Assembly (NCBI GenBank): GCA_001275005.1
Contig: JWZX01003082.1
Location: forward strand, 1-43,671
Reading direction: 5' to 3'
From: Chrysochromulina tobinii
Taxonomy: Eukaryota
Length of the DNA stretch: 43,671 nucleotides
Below, in pieces: positions 10,801 through 20,773 of the stretch (position 1 is its first letter; every line of letters begins with the position of its first letter). The notes beneath the pieces were generated by a model. That model ran no database searches. It was not told the DNA's origin and saw only the letters and a list, made by a program, of their open reading frames with translations. The translations under genes were made by a program, and so were the position numbers.

Positions 10801-11580
10801 GAGCTCGAGGATCGCGGGCAGGTGCGCGTTCACGAAGGTCGCCTGCGACTCGATCAGGTCGTACAGGATCTGGAACGCAAGAACTAGTGTCTCCTCGTCG
10901 CCCGAGGTCGCCGCTGCCTTGCACAGCTCGAGCAAGGGCGGGATCAGAGGCTTGATGACGCGCGCGTCGACCTCCTGGTCGACGACGCCGCACCACGCGC
11001 TCACCGCCTTGAGCGCGGCGCGACGCACCGGCGGGTTCGCATGGTCCGCGAGCAGAGCCTGCAGCGTCGCGGCAAGCATCGGGAAGTGAGGCCGCAGGGT
11101 CGACTCGACAACCTCATCGGACTCGAGCAAGGCGCTGAGCAGGACCATCGCGAGCTCACGGTGCTCGGCGGTCGCGCTCTGCGCGCACTGCGAGAGGAAG
11201 GCGAGCAGCTCGGACCACTCGCCGCGCGGGAGGGCGTACCGCGCGATCACGCCCGCGACCGACGTGATGCTGCGCCGCACCGCCCGCTCGGGCTCTATGG
11301 GCAGCCGCGCGAGCAGCACGGCCTGGAGCTGCGCGCGCACGGCCACGTCTAGCTTGGGCCAGTGTGCCGTGATGCGCCGGCGCACGAGAACCGCCGCGAG
11401 CTGCCGGACCTGAGGGAGCGATGAGTGCTGAATCTGCGCGAAGAGGTCGACGACGAACTGCGGCTGGCCGAGCGCGCGCCGGAGCGCCTCCTCCGACTCG
11501 CGGATGGCCTCGGTGCCTGGAGTGAGCAGTTGGCCGAGCAGGCGCTCGAGCTCGGAGGGGTCCACGAGTGGCTGCGACAT
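6049..11580 (-). CDS. IPO4: Importin-4-like karyopherin beta (HEAT repeats), 7 exons, about 1107 aa
   Basis: IBN_N-like start (..VRQLAAVLVRRRITAHW..EWSELLAFL), plus VREAACICIGEFA, EKSCYALESFCENL, LRARALECIG, ELREYTYGFF, acidic loop then SIRTGLLDEKASA. Exons read by hand: 11580-10252, 9810-9738, 9353-9008, 8552-8468, 8050-7679, 7450-6860, 6576-6049. All introns are GT-AG and the total of 3324 nt is in frame. Confidence 0.88.
8894..8959. repeat. Intronic 11-bp tandem repeat (CTAGGARMTGG-like x6)
   Basis: ctaggaactgg cgaggagctgg ctaggagctgg ctaggaaatgg ctaggaaatgg ctaggaactgg, in importin intron 3. Confidence 0.9.
9825..9900. repeat. Intronic 10-bp tandem repeat (CAGGCGCACT x5 plus 2 variants)
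   Basis: Directly visible, next to the 3' splice site of importin intron 1. Confidence 0.95.
10164..10232. repeat. Intronic 10-bp tandem repeat (GAGGCCATCC x7)
   Basis: Directly visible, next to the 5' splice site of importin intron 1. Confidence 0.95.
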
Positions 11581-11810
11581 CGGAGTCGATCGCCCTTTCG
11601 AGGTACGTCGCCGCCCGAAAGTTCCGGACGAAACGCGCCGTTTTGGTCCCCCGCATGCAATTGGGGGAGGGGGGGGGGGAGGGGATTTTGTAGGGAGGTG
11701 CGACATCGATCACCCCCACGGTGCCCCTCGCACCGCGAACGGGCGTGGCCAGATGCGCCCCCAGCCAACATCACGGAACCGAGACACGCGCTCTCACCGC
11801 TCTCACTCTC

Positions 11811-11865
11811 ACCGCTGTCAGCGCTGTCATGTGAAGTAACCGCTGTCAGCGCTGTCAGCGCTGTC
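11811..11865. repeat. 9-bp tandem repeats (CGCTGTCAG-like, about 5 units in two blocks)
   Basis: ccgctgtcagcgctgtca ... ccgctgtcagcgctgtcagcgctgtc. Confidence 0.8.
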
Positions 11866-13371
11866 CCGTCATCTCAGTCGAGGCCGAGGTCGTCGACAAG
11901 CGTCCCATCCGGCAGGTCGTTGACGGCCACCGGCGGCGCGACGGCCACCGGCGGTGCGATGACCACCGGCGGCGCCGCCGTGCACACGCACCGGCTAAGG
12001 TTATCATGGACGCCCGTCTGCTCACGCAGCGAGGTGATGAGGAAGCGGTAGGCAGCCGGGTAGAGCGGGGCAGCCGTGGCATGCATCTTGTTGTACAGAC
12101 CGTGGCTGTGCGGGAGGGGAGCGGGGCATGCTGGTCGTCAGTGCATGGGGTGCGGGGCGAGGCGTTCGGCCGGGAGCGCCGTACCGAAGGGGCACACTCT
12201 TGCAGGGAAGGAGGAGGGTGTCACCACCCTGGCGGGCGGGGTCAGTCATCCAGGATTGGATCAGCGCTGTCGCAGGCGCGAACGACGACTGGCCGACGGC
12301 GGTCTGCAGCGTGGCAATAAAGTTGGAGCGAGTGGCCGCGACTTGAAACACTTTTCGCACTGCGCCCACGAGGAGATTTCCAGCTTGCGTGGCGGGCCCG
12401 CGGCACCGAACTTCGGCACCGGACAGGTGGCGTCGGCGATCAAGGGGAGGGTGGTGCAGGCGGTGGCGGAGGAGGTGGCGCCAGAGGTGGCGGCAGAGGC
12501 ACGTGTAAATGTTCTGTGGGTGGTGGTGGTCAGGGCGGCGGCGGTGGACGATGTCTGCAATCTCCATGGGCGCTTCGTCGCCAGGATCTGCCTCGGCGTG
12601 GTCCTCCATCGGGGAGGCGGCGATGGTGGCGGTGGAGAGGGCAGAGGCGGCGACGGAGTGGAGGGCGGGGGCGGCGATGGTGGAGGTGGAGGGATCGGCG
12701 ACGGTGGATGGATACATTTCCATAGCGACCATCAGGGACGTGCTCGCCACCTCGGATAGTGCAATAGTAGTAAGGGCATCTGCAAGCCCTGCATCAAGAT
12801 TGTGACCCGAATCCAGCAGCCGTCGAGCTTCTGCAAGCTCGAGGTCTGCTGCAGGTGCCATGACAGCACGAGAAAATGAATGACTAGAGCCAGCATCTTC
12901 TAATGCTTTTGTTACATAAAATTGAGTTGTTGTGGCCACTGTTGCAAATTATCCGATAACGGTCGAGAGAAGCGAGATAATGAGGGTACATGTATGGAGA
13001 CGTTCCAGCTCCCAGGTGGAAGTATTGATCGAGACCCACAGTGGTAGAATCGATAGGTGCCCATGTGGGGTCCACCCACTTGAAAAACTCGTTGGCCTCG
13101 CGCTCCAGGTCAAAGCAGAGCGACCGCCACGGCACCACGATGAGGCCGAGCGCGGGCAGCGAGCAGCCAGGCCCGCTGCCCGCAAGCGTCTCCAGGTACG
13201 CGTTCACCATCGGGATCAGCATGCTCAGCGTCTTACCCGAGCCCGTCGGCTGATGGGAGAGCACGTCTGAGTACTTCGCCTGGGGCTGGGCCAGGAGCGT
13301 CTCGATCTGCCCTTGGCGCAGCACGTGAGGAGCGAGGCGCTGCCACCGCGTCGGCAGCCGGGCTGGCGACG

Positions 13372-13595
13372 ACGCTGCCGGGGCACGAGCACAAAGGGAT
13401 GAGGGGGCACAGGGTGAGGGCGTGCGCGCACGGAGCAACTAGCGTGACGGAGCGCCCGCGGGTGTCGAGCGGCTGGGCGCGCAACGCTGCCGGGGCACGA
13501 GCACAAAGGGATGAGGGGGCACAGGGTGAGGGCGTGCGCGCACGGAGCAACTAGCGTGACGGAGCGCCCGCGGGTGTCGAGCGGCTGGGCGCGCA
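13372..13595. repeat. Perfect 112-bp tandem duplication (2 copies) that corresponds to an intron
   Basis: 13372-13483 = 13484-13595. On the minus strand the unit reads (G)TGCGCGCCC...CTCACC...CCCCGGCAG. Confidence 0.92.
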
Positions 13596-13606
13596 CCGCC
13601 CGCGTC

Positions 13607-13708
13607 GGCCGCATCCGGCTGCATGCTCCTCGGTGCTTGCAAGAGCTCGTCCACGAGGGCCGCATCCGGCTGCATGCTCCTCGGTGCTTGCAAGCGCTCG
13701 TCCACGAG
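13607..13708. repeat. 51-bp tandem duplication (2 copies, 1 mismatch), coding LVDE(R/L)LQAPRSMQPDAA on the minus strand
   Basis: Directly visible. The unit length is a multiple of 3. Confidence 0.9.
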
Positions 13709-13968
13709 GGCGTCCCTGGAGCGCCCTCCGCGCGTGGAGGGGCGACCGCGAGCTCACCCTAGGGCAATCGACCGGAATCGAGGCATGTGGCGGACAGGAT
13801 GCGGGCCTCGGCAAGGGCTGGGCCCAAAAGCGTGCGCACCGCGGGGGCCGCGCGCGCGCCGAAGAGGTATGCACGAGGCTTCCCTGGACATTTTGCCGGC
13901 GCCTCCCAGGCGCCCCTGATGAGGGATGTAATTGCGCCTCAGCAGCACGATAAACGTCTCTCTGATTC

Positions 13969-16512
13969 ATGGTACACGGCACTAAACGTGCCCGCGAAGG
14001 CACCTTCAAAGCGCCACTGCTGCAGAAATGCTTCAAGGTCGGCGACCTCGTCGAGGCCATGTACAGCGATGGCTGCTGGGTCCCCGGCAAGGTCATGGCC
14101 ACACGCGCGCGCCACGTGCTCGTGCAGTACGAAAAAGAACAAGCCGAGCTTTCTTCGCCGGAGCAGTTTGGCCCTCGGCACATCTGCTACGAGAACGAGA
14201 CGCCTCGCGACGTTGCACGCACGACCGGCGTGCCCGTCTCTGTGCTCCTCGCACTCAACTTGAACCGCTACCCGGGTCTTGTCGCCACGTCCAAGCTTCG
14301 CGAGAGCACGTTTCTTGTGCTGCCGGAGTTGCACGTGTGCGGTGACAAGGATACGCCGCGCATCGTTGCCGAGCGCTTCGGCCGTGATCTCGACACGCTT
14401 CTCCAGCAGAATGCGCCCACCGTGCCTGCGCTCCAAACGGACTCGATCCTATCCGAGGGCAGCGTGCTCGTGCTACCCCCCCCGGCCGAAGAAATGCAGA
14501 CGAGCGCGGTGAGTGCCGGTGACACGCTGCCCCCTCAGCTGGGCGTGATGGTCGAGGTGGACGACGCGCTCGTCTGCCGCCATCATCCGAGTGGCTCTCG
14601 TGGCCGAGGCTCCGCAGGCACGCGGTGGCACTTGGCGGAGGTCAAGCGGCTTCTGCCGTACAGCCGCTTCGCGGTGGTGCTGCGTCCGCTCGACCAGGAG
14701 CGCCGTACCGGTACCGCGCTCGGCCAGGAGCAAGAGACAGCCGACGTGGAGATCGACGCCCTCGGGCTCGACGGTGAAGGCCGGGAGTGGCGGCGGGTCG
14801 CGAGCGGTGGCGCGACGGCGATTGGACGACTCGCCGAGGTCGGTTGTGTTCTCGATGTGGGGAGCGAGGTGGAGGTAGAGGTGGGCGACAAGGAGCGCGC
14901 CCGATGGCGCAGCTCGGAGGTGCGCGCGCTCTTGAGCAGTGGCCGGTTCTTGGTGTGCGTCGACGGCGATGAGGACTTCATCGAAGAGTTTGGGCCCGAC
15001 GACGAGGGCGTCGAGTGGCGACGAAAGCCGGCGAGGCTGCCGCCGGATCGCTGTGCCTCCGAATGGACGGTGCATGAATTGGTGAGACCGCGGCTGCCGA
15101 GTGCGCCGGACGACTTTTTGCATGCCGTGCCGCCGCCGACGACAGTTCAAGTGTGGCAGGACGATGGTTGGTGGCGCGCGCAGTACTTTGGAGTGGCGGC
15201 ATCCAAGGCCGACCCCATCACCTCAGAGAGGCCGATGCCTGCGCCAGCGGAGCAAGAGACCTTCTTGTGCGCCATCCTAAAGATGGGGCAGCGCGCCGTT
15301 GTGCTGCGTGTCACCGCGCCGCGCATTCGCCCAGATCTGGTGTGGCAGCGGGAAGGCTGGGCTGCGGCCTCGCCGCCGAAGCAACTGCTCATCCCTTTGG
15401 CAGCGGCCACGGGGCCATCAGACGTACCCGATGCTCCGATAGCGCCCATCACGGCGCCCCTGAAGGCCGCGGCTGGCGCACGCGGCTGGCGCACGCGGCT
15501 CACGCTCCTTGCAAGTGCCGCCCCTGCCGGGAGGCTCCGTCGCGCCCGATGGGCGCGCCCCTCGAATCTGCAGCTCGCCCCAGCAGCGGATCTTGAGCCG
15601 AAGTTATGGGCGGGTGCCTCCGAGCAAGGGTGGCTTGTCGTCGAGGCGAGGGGCGGCAAGGATGGGCAGATGCACTACTTCGCGCCCGCTCGTCCGACAA
15701 GCGAGATGCCCCGGGACAGCTTCCACGTGGACGAATCACTCGCCCCAGGTTGCCAGGTGTATGCGCTGGCGTCGCAAGAGATGCAGGCAGCGGAGGCAGC
15801 GGGGAACGAAAGTGTGGGCATGCTCTCAGCGAACGCCGTACTTGGATTGGCCGACGCTGTCGAAGCTCAGCTGCCTAATGTGGCAGGTCCAGGGGCGGTT
15901 GTGGAAGCCCAGCTGGCGGACGTCCTTTATCGAGGCGGCTGGTGGGACGGGACGGTGGAGGAGTGCGGGCTCGGCGGAGCCGTGGTCCGCACGCACACCT
16001 TCTCCAAGAGCGAGCGTGCGGGCTCGACCGAGCAGCTGGCCGTGACGGTGCCCTGGAGTCAACTGCGACTCCCGGCGCCCTCGGCCACGCTGGAGGAGCT
16101 CGCACGGCCAGGCGGTGCCGTGGAGTTATGGTGGGAGGGAGCCTGGTGGGAGGCGACCATCTTGATGATGGTGCCGCCTAGCATCGCAACGCCCCGTGAG
16201 CCAAGCTGGACAGACAACCACAGCTATGAGGATGGCAGCAGCGACGGCGGTAAGAGCTTCTCTGGCGACGACGGCGGCGGGTACAGCACAGGCGGCGACA
16301 GTAGTGACGACGGTGGCGGCCTCGAAAGCGAGGACACCGACAGCAAGGACGACGGTGCTGACGACGACGCTGACGATGACGGCTGCGAGAGCGGCGACGA
16401 CGGCGTCGAAAGCACTCTCTCACAACCCACGATGCCACTCGTGATTGTCACCCGGGACGCGCCGATGCCCAGCAGACACTTCGTACCCCTCTCACAGCTG
16501 CGACCTGGCTAA
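13969..16512 (+). CDS. Multi-Tudor/Agenet protein with two LysM-like domains
   Basis: Tudor-like FKVGDLVEAMYSDGCWVPGKV..VLVQY. LysM-like ENETPRDVARTTGVPVSVLLALN..LVLP and DKDTPRIVAERFGRDLDTLLQQN..GSVLVLP. Two VEV..RW...EV.....RF.V....EG.EWRR repeats. Agenet-like VQVWQDDGWW..RIRP, GAVVEA..GGWWDGTV..QLRLP and GGAVELWWEGAWWEATI..QLRP. Confidence 0.72.
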   Translation: MVHGTKRAREGTFKAPLLQKCFKVGDLVEAMYSDGCWVPGKVMATRARHVLVQYEKEQAELSSPEQFGPRHICYENETPRDVARTTGVPVSVLLALNLNRYPGLVATSKLRESTFLVLPELHVCGDKDTPRIVAERFGRDLDTLLQQNAPTVPALQTDSILSEGSVLVLPPPAEEMQTSAVSAGDTLPPQLGVMVEVDDALVCRHHPSGSRGRGSAGTRWHLAEVKRLLPYSRFAVVLRPLDQERRTGTALGQEQETADVEIDALGLDGEGREWRRVASGGATAIGRLAEVGCVLDVGSEVEVEVGDKERARWRSSEVRALLSSGRFLVCVDGDEDFIEEFGPDDEGVEWRRKPARLPPDRCASEWTVHELVRPRLPSAPDDFLHAVPPPTTVQVWQDDGWWRAQYFGVAASKADPITSERPMPAPAEQETFLCAILKMGQRAVVLRVTAPRIRPDLVWQREGWAAASPPKQLLIPLAAATGPSDVPDAPIAPITAPLKAAAGARGWRTRLTLLASAAPAGRLRRARWARPSNLQLAPAADLEPKLWAGASEQGWLVVEARGGKDGQMHYFAPARPTSEMPRDSFHVDESLAPGCQVYALASQEMQAAEAAGNESVGMLSANAVLGLADAVEAQLPNVAGPGAVVEAQLADVLYRGGWWDGTVEECGLGGAVVRTHTFSKSERAGSTEQLAVTVPWSQLRLPAPSATLEELARPGGAVELWWEGAWWEATILMMVPPSIATPREPSWTDNHSYEDGSSDGGKSFSGDDGGGYSTGGDSSDDGGGLESEDTDSKDDGADDDADDDGCESGDDGVESTLSQPTMPLVIVTRDAPMPSRHFVPLSQLRPG

Positions 16513-16939
16513 CGGGCACGAGCGGTGACAGGCGCCTCAACAATGTCTCAGCCCATCAGATGACCACTACTCGTTCACGATACCGGTACTCGGCACAGCC
16601 GGAGCGTCGGGTTCGGGTTGGTGCGGCGGTGGCGACTCCACTTTTTATCCGTGTTTGCCAAGATCGCCTCGGATTATCGTTCGAAGGCTGGTTGACATGA
16701 TTGATACTGGAGCGAGGCAGTCGACATGATGCTCTTTGATTCCCTGGTATAAACTTATACGGTGGTGGTTCGACTCATGAAAATCGAAAACTTGTCAAGT
16801 AAGAGCACCGGCGGTGCTGTGTATACACAGTGCACGTCCGCCGCACGAGAGCAGAGTGCGACTGACCGGTGAGCCTCCAAAGAATGCGCTCCACGGGCTG
16901 AAAGGCTCCACCGTCCACGCCAGGCTCGAGGCTGCAGGC

Positions 16940-17635
16940 TCAGAGCGGGAGCTCGCCGCAGTCCACAATGATGGCGACCTTGTCGGGCGCACCACTCTGC
17001 GAGCCATTCGCCTCGAGCGCAGTCAGCGTCTGGAAGCCCGAGGCGAGCTCGCCGAAGACAACGTGCCTGCCGTCGAGATGTGGGCATGGGACGGTCGTCA
17101 CAAAGAATTGGGAGCCGTTGCTGTCAGGTCCCGAATTGGCCATCGACAAGAGGCCAGGGCCGGCGTGGGCGATCAAAAAGCCCTCATCGGCAAACTTGCC
17201 GCCGTAGATGCTCTCGCCGCCTCGGCCTGTGCCCGTGGTGAAATCGCCGCCCTGGCACATGAAGCCTTGTGAGGGCAGCAAGCCAGAGGGTGAGCTGAGC
17301 TTGCAAGTAGGCGAAGGAGGCCTTCAGATGATGCGGAGCGTCGCACCTGGGATGATCCGGTGAAAGATGGAGCCTTTGTAATGCAGTGGCACGCCGCTCT
17401 TGCCCACGCCCTTTTCGCCGGTGCATAGCGCTCGGAAGTTTTCTGCCGTCTTGGGTACGCCTCCCATGCCACCAAATAAGTTGAACTCCATGCGGCCCAT
17501 TGGGGCGCCCCCGATCTCGATGTCGAAGAAGACCTTCGATGTGGTCTCCACGCCGCGAACTTTCATAAGTGGCGCAGGGAGTCGCAGAGCCGCCGCGGCT
17601 GAAAGCAGACACGCAAAAACGAAAGGTCCCAGCAT
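16940..17635 (-). CDS. Cyclophilin-type peptidyl-prolyl isomerase with N-terminal signal peptide, 2 exons
   Basis: [65 protein letters not shown]. Exons 17635-17347 and 17265-16940, with an 81-nt GT..AAG intron. Confidence 0.95.
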
Positions 17636-17744
17636 CGTGCCTCGAATTCCGCAAGGAGCTTTCCAAAAGGGGAACGCGAACCTCTCAGGTGCATGGCGCA
17701 ACAGACAAGACGTCGATCAACGTTGCCTCGGTAAAGACGGCCCA

Positions 17745-20075
17745 ATGTTGCCGACCGCACCTCGGCCCTTGTTGCCGACCACTCCGAGGAGTGGTCGCCA
17801 AGGTCGCTTCCTGCTGCCGCGCGCGGACCCAGCAGCAGCTTCTCCTCGCGAGCTGCCAGCATGGCCACCCAGCTCGCCACGACAGGCGCCGGCGCTGCCA
17901 GACGAGCACCTCCTGCACATGCTGAAAATGAGACTGTACTCGGACGCAGTCGCGGCCGCTCGTAAGCGCGATCTCGATCCCTTCTCCTCGACTTCGATGG
18001 CAGCGAGCATGGTGTCACCGCGCTTTGCGCCACCAGCGCCGCCGGCGTGGCCTCGCCATCGCGTCGTCGGCCTCGCGGCGAAGCTGTCGAGCGCCGCAGC
18101 GTGCGAGCATCTGCTGCGCGGCCGGCTTGAGGGTGTTGAGTTTGCGGCTCAGCTGGCCGCCATGCCGCCCGCGACGCGCGAGGATTGGAGCCATGCTTTT
18201 GGCGCATGCGTTGCCAAGCTCGCCCGGATGCTCGTTGAGCTGCAGAGTCAGCTACGCAAGCTGACCGGCGCCGAGACGAGCTTCCAGGTGGACTTTGCAA
18301 GCGATGTGAAGAAGAGCAGCACCCGCCAGGCCAGGCTTGCGAGCAGCACGCGGAACGTGATAGATAGGGCGGAGGCGATGGAGGCGGCGTTTGAGGAGGT
18401 GGGCGAGACCGCACGCGCTGAGCTGAGCCGTCTACCCGCCGATGCTCTCGCCCTCGTCGGCGACCTCTTCGAGAGAGAGGGCCGCAGGCGCACGAGCCTC
18501 GCCCACCGGTGGCGCCTCGCCATCAAGGGCGCGATCGCGAGCACCGAAATGCAAGCACGTGCGCTCGAGACGGCGCTCGTTGACCTCGCAAGCGCGAGCC
18601 TCAGTCGTGCCCGTCACGGCGCTCTGGCGTGCCCGTCACGGCGCTACACTCGCGCCGGCGTCCGCCGCGGCGAGGGGAAGGGGTTGTTTGGCCGACATTC
18701 CCTTCGCGAGGGCGACAGATACGGCGAGGGAGACAGATACGGCGAGGGCGAGGGCGAGGGCGAGGGCAAGGGCGCGGACGGCGAGGGCGAGGGCGCGGAC
18801 GGCGAGGGCGAGGGCGCGGACTGCGAGGGCGCCGTGGCGGCGGCGGCACGCGCGGTGTGTCAGCATGCGCGCTGCCTACTCGGGGGCGCAGGCGAGGCAT
18901 CCATGGAGGCAACTCTCTATCTGCTCGTCAAGGGCTCGCATGCACGTGCGCCAGGGTCTGGGGTTGCCATATTAGGGTCTGGGGTTGCTCGGCGCGGCAC
19001 TGCGGGGACGCTCGATACGACGCGCGATGAAGGGCTGATGCTTCTCGTTCGGTTGGCCGATGACGATGCCGGTGCGGCGGCAGGCAGCCTGCCCACAGTG
19101 GAGGCGGCCAAGGCCACTCATGTCATCAAAAGGCGATTGGCGGATGCTGTGGAAGACGACGTCCCATCGGATGCTGTGGGCGTTGAGTCGGCCGCCGCGG
19201 AGGCAGATCCTAACAAAGCAAATCCTGATCAGGCAGATCCTAATAAGGCAGGTCCGCCGTCCGAAGACGTTCGATTTGTCTACGGCGTGCGTGCGGTCGC
19301 TGTGCCGATGACTTCATTAGCGGGGGAGTGCATGCAACGCTCCAGGCGGCCCGATCTCGCGCGCGATCTCGATCTCGCTCGCGATCTCGCGGGGCTCCCG
19401 ATGGGCTCCGCGCTGCAGGTGCGCCGAGGTGCTCGGTACGACGCCAAGTACAACGCGGCCGCCGACGGCATCGGCGCACGTCGCGCGCCGCCCGCCGCCG
19501 CCCTCTACCTTGATCTGAGTGATGAGAGCGGGGCGCTGCGGGCGGTCCTTCGGTTAGCCGTCCTGGATCGTGCAAAGGAGGACGATGCGTCGGCTTCGGT
19601 GGCGGTGGACGAGGCGGCACGAGCGGCGGCGGCGACGAGCCTGCTCAGCCCGGCGTCGCAGCGGCTGCTCTCGTCGCTTCGCCCGCTGTTCACACTCACA
19701 CTTCGAGAGCCCGTCCGTGCGGCCGCCGCCGCATTCACACGGGAGGGCGCGCTCGCACACACCCTCACAGCGCTCTCGATGGGACTGGCGCGCCTGCCCA
19801 AGGGGGGGGTGGCTATGAAGACGCTCATGGGCGCCTTGGGGGCATTGTGTTGTGACGCGCTCGGTGCGGCCACGTGCACCCTCTTCCTATTCAGGGACGT
19901 GGCGAGCGGCCGTAAGCTCGTCGGCTATCCCGTGTCGCGCCGTCATGGAGCCGCCGAGCCCCTGTCACTCAACCTGCCGCCGTCGAGGACGCCCGGGACG
20001 GCGCGCTCCCGGGGTCTCCGGGGTGAGGAGGGCGGCTGGCTCGGCGGCGGCGCCGATGTGGAGGAGCAGCAGGAG

Positions 20076-20110
<35 letters not shown>

Positions 20111-20450
20111 TCATGGCGGCGGCGCGGCTGGCACGTCGCTGGACAGCCTCGCTGGCCGATGCGCCGCCCAGCCGCCCACCTTCCTTCTCCTCAACGGCAT
20201 CGCGCCCGACGACCCCCGCCTGCATCCCGCCGTCGATGCCTTGCCAGCAGGCGCGAGTGGCCCCCTGTCGATCGTCTGTGCAGCTCTGACCGACGCGGGA
20301 GGCAACCACATCCTCGGGTTATGCGAGCTCGTGCGCTCAGCCGTTGAAATGCCGTTCGCCCATGACGACGCGCCGATTGTCGCCGCGGTGCTGCGCGCCG
20401 TCTCGTTTGCGATCGACAACTACTTCTTGCACGAGCTGCTCGACGGGTGA
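17745..20450 (+). CDS. Large protein with helical N-terminus and C-terminal GAF-like domain(s)
   Basis: The C-terminus follows the PDE-type GAF pattern: DALGAATCTLFL..SLAGRCA..DDPRLHPAVD..SIVCAALTD..ILGLCELV..PFAHDDAPIV..SFAIDN. Start placed at ATG 17745 because the upstream ORF part overlaps the cyclophilin. Low-complexity EG repeats at about 18709-18830. Confidence 0.65.
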
Positions 20451-20773
20451 GAGGTCGATGGCGAGTTGCCGTGGTGTTCTGTTGGAGGATTGAAAACATC
20501 TCGGCGGCTGTGAATGCTCACTCTCTGGGTCTGGCCCGTCGTCGGGCTCCCGGCCCGCGTCTCTACATTGTGACTACGCACTGTTAGAAGCATATTCTTG
20601 TACCGATGTGTGTATCCCTAGCATGATCCGAGCATGCCCGAGTTGGCCTCGTCGATGATCGAGGAATCTTGTCCCACATTCACATTCACAGACCCAGACA
20701 CATCCTCGGCTCTTTCTTGTGCTCTTGCGTCTTGGGTCTTCGGCGCTGTCGGGGCTCGGGGCTGCTCGCCGAA

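Larger units (their letters stand above)
12884..13710 (-). pseudogene. Truncated RecQ-like superfamily-2 helicase fragment (Q-motif, motifs I and Ia only)
   Basis: LRQGQIETL, DVLSHQPTGSGKTLSMLIP, LGLIVVPWRSL. Similarity is lost after FFKW (about nt 13075), there is no DExH motif, and a stop follows at 12884. An upstream exon joins in frame through intron 13596-13375. Confidence 0.6.

Noticed and set aside
13372..13708. Repeats as a CRISPR array or LTRs
   Set aside because: They are adjacent tandem duplications without spacers or internal retroelement genes, in a eukaryotic context with no cas genes.
13716..13786. Further 42-nt intron and first exon (MPRFRSIALG) for the helicase relic
   Set aside because: The frame fits, but the intron is far shorter than others here and lacks a pyrimidine tract, so it is not supportable without transcripts.
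17400..17744. N-terminal extension of the 1016-aa ORF
   Set aside because: It starts at TTG and overlaps cyclophilin exon 1 in antisense. Open antisense frames are expected at this GC content.
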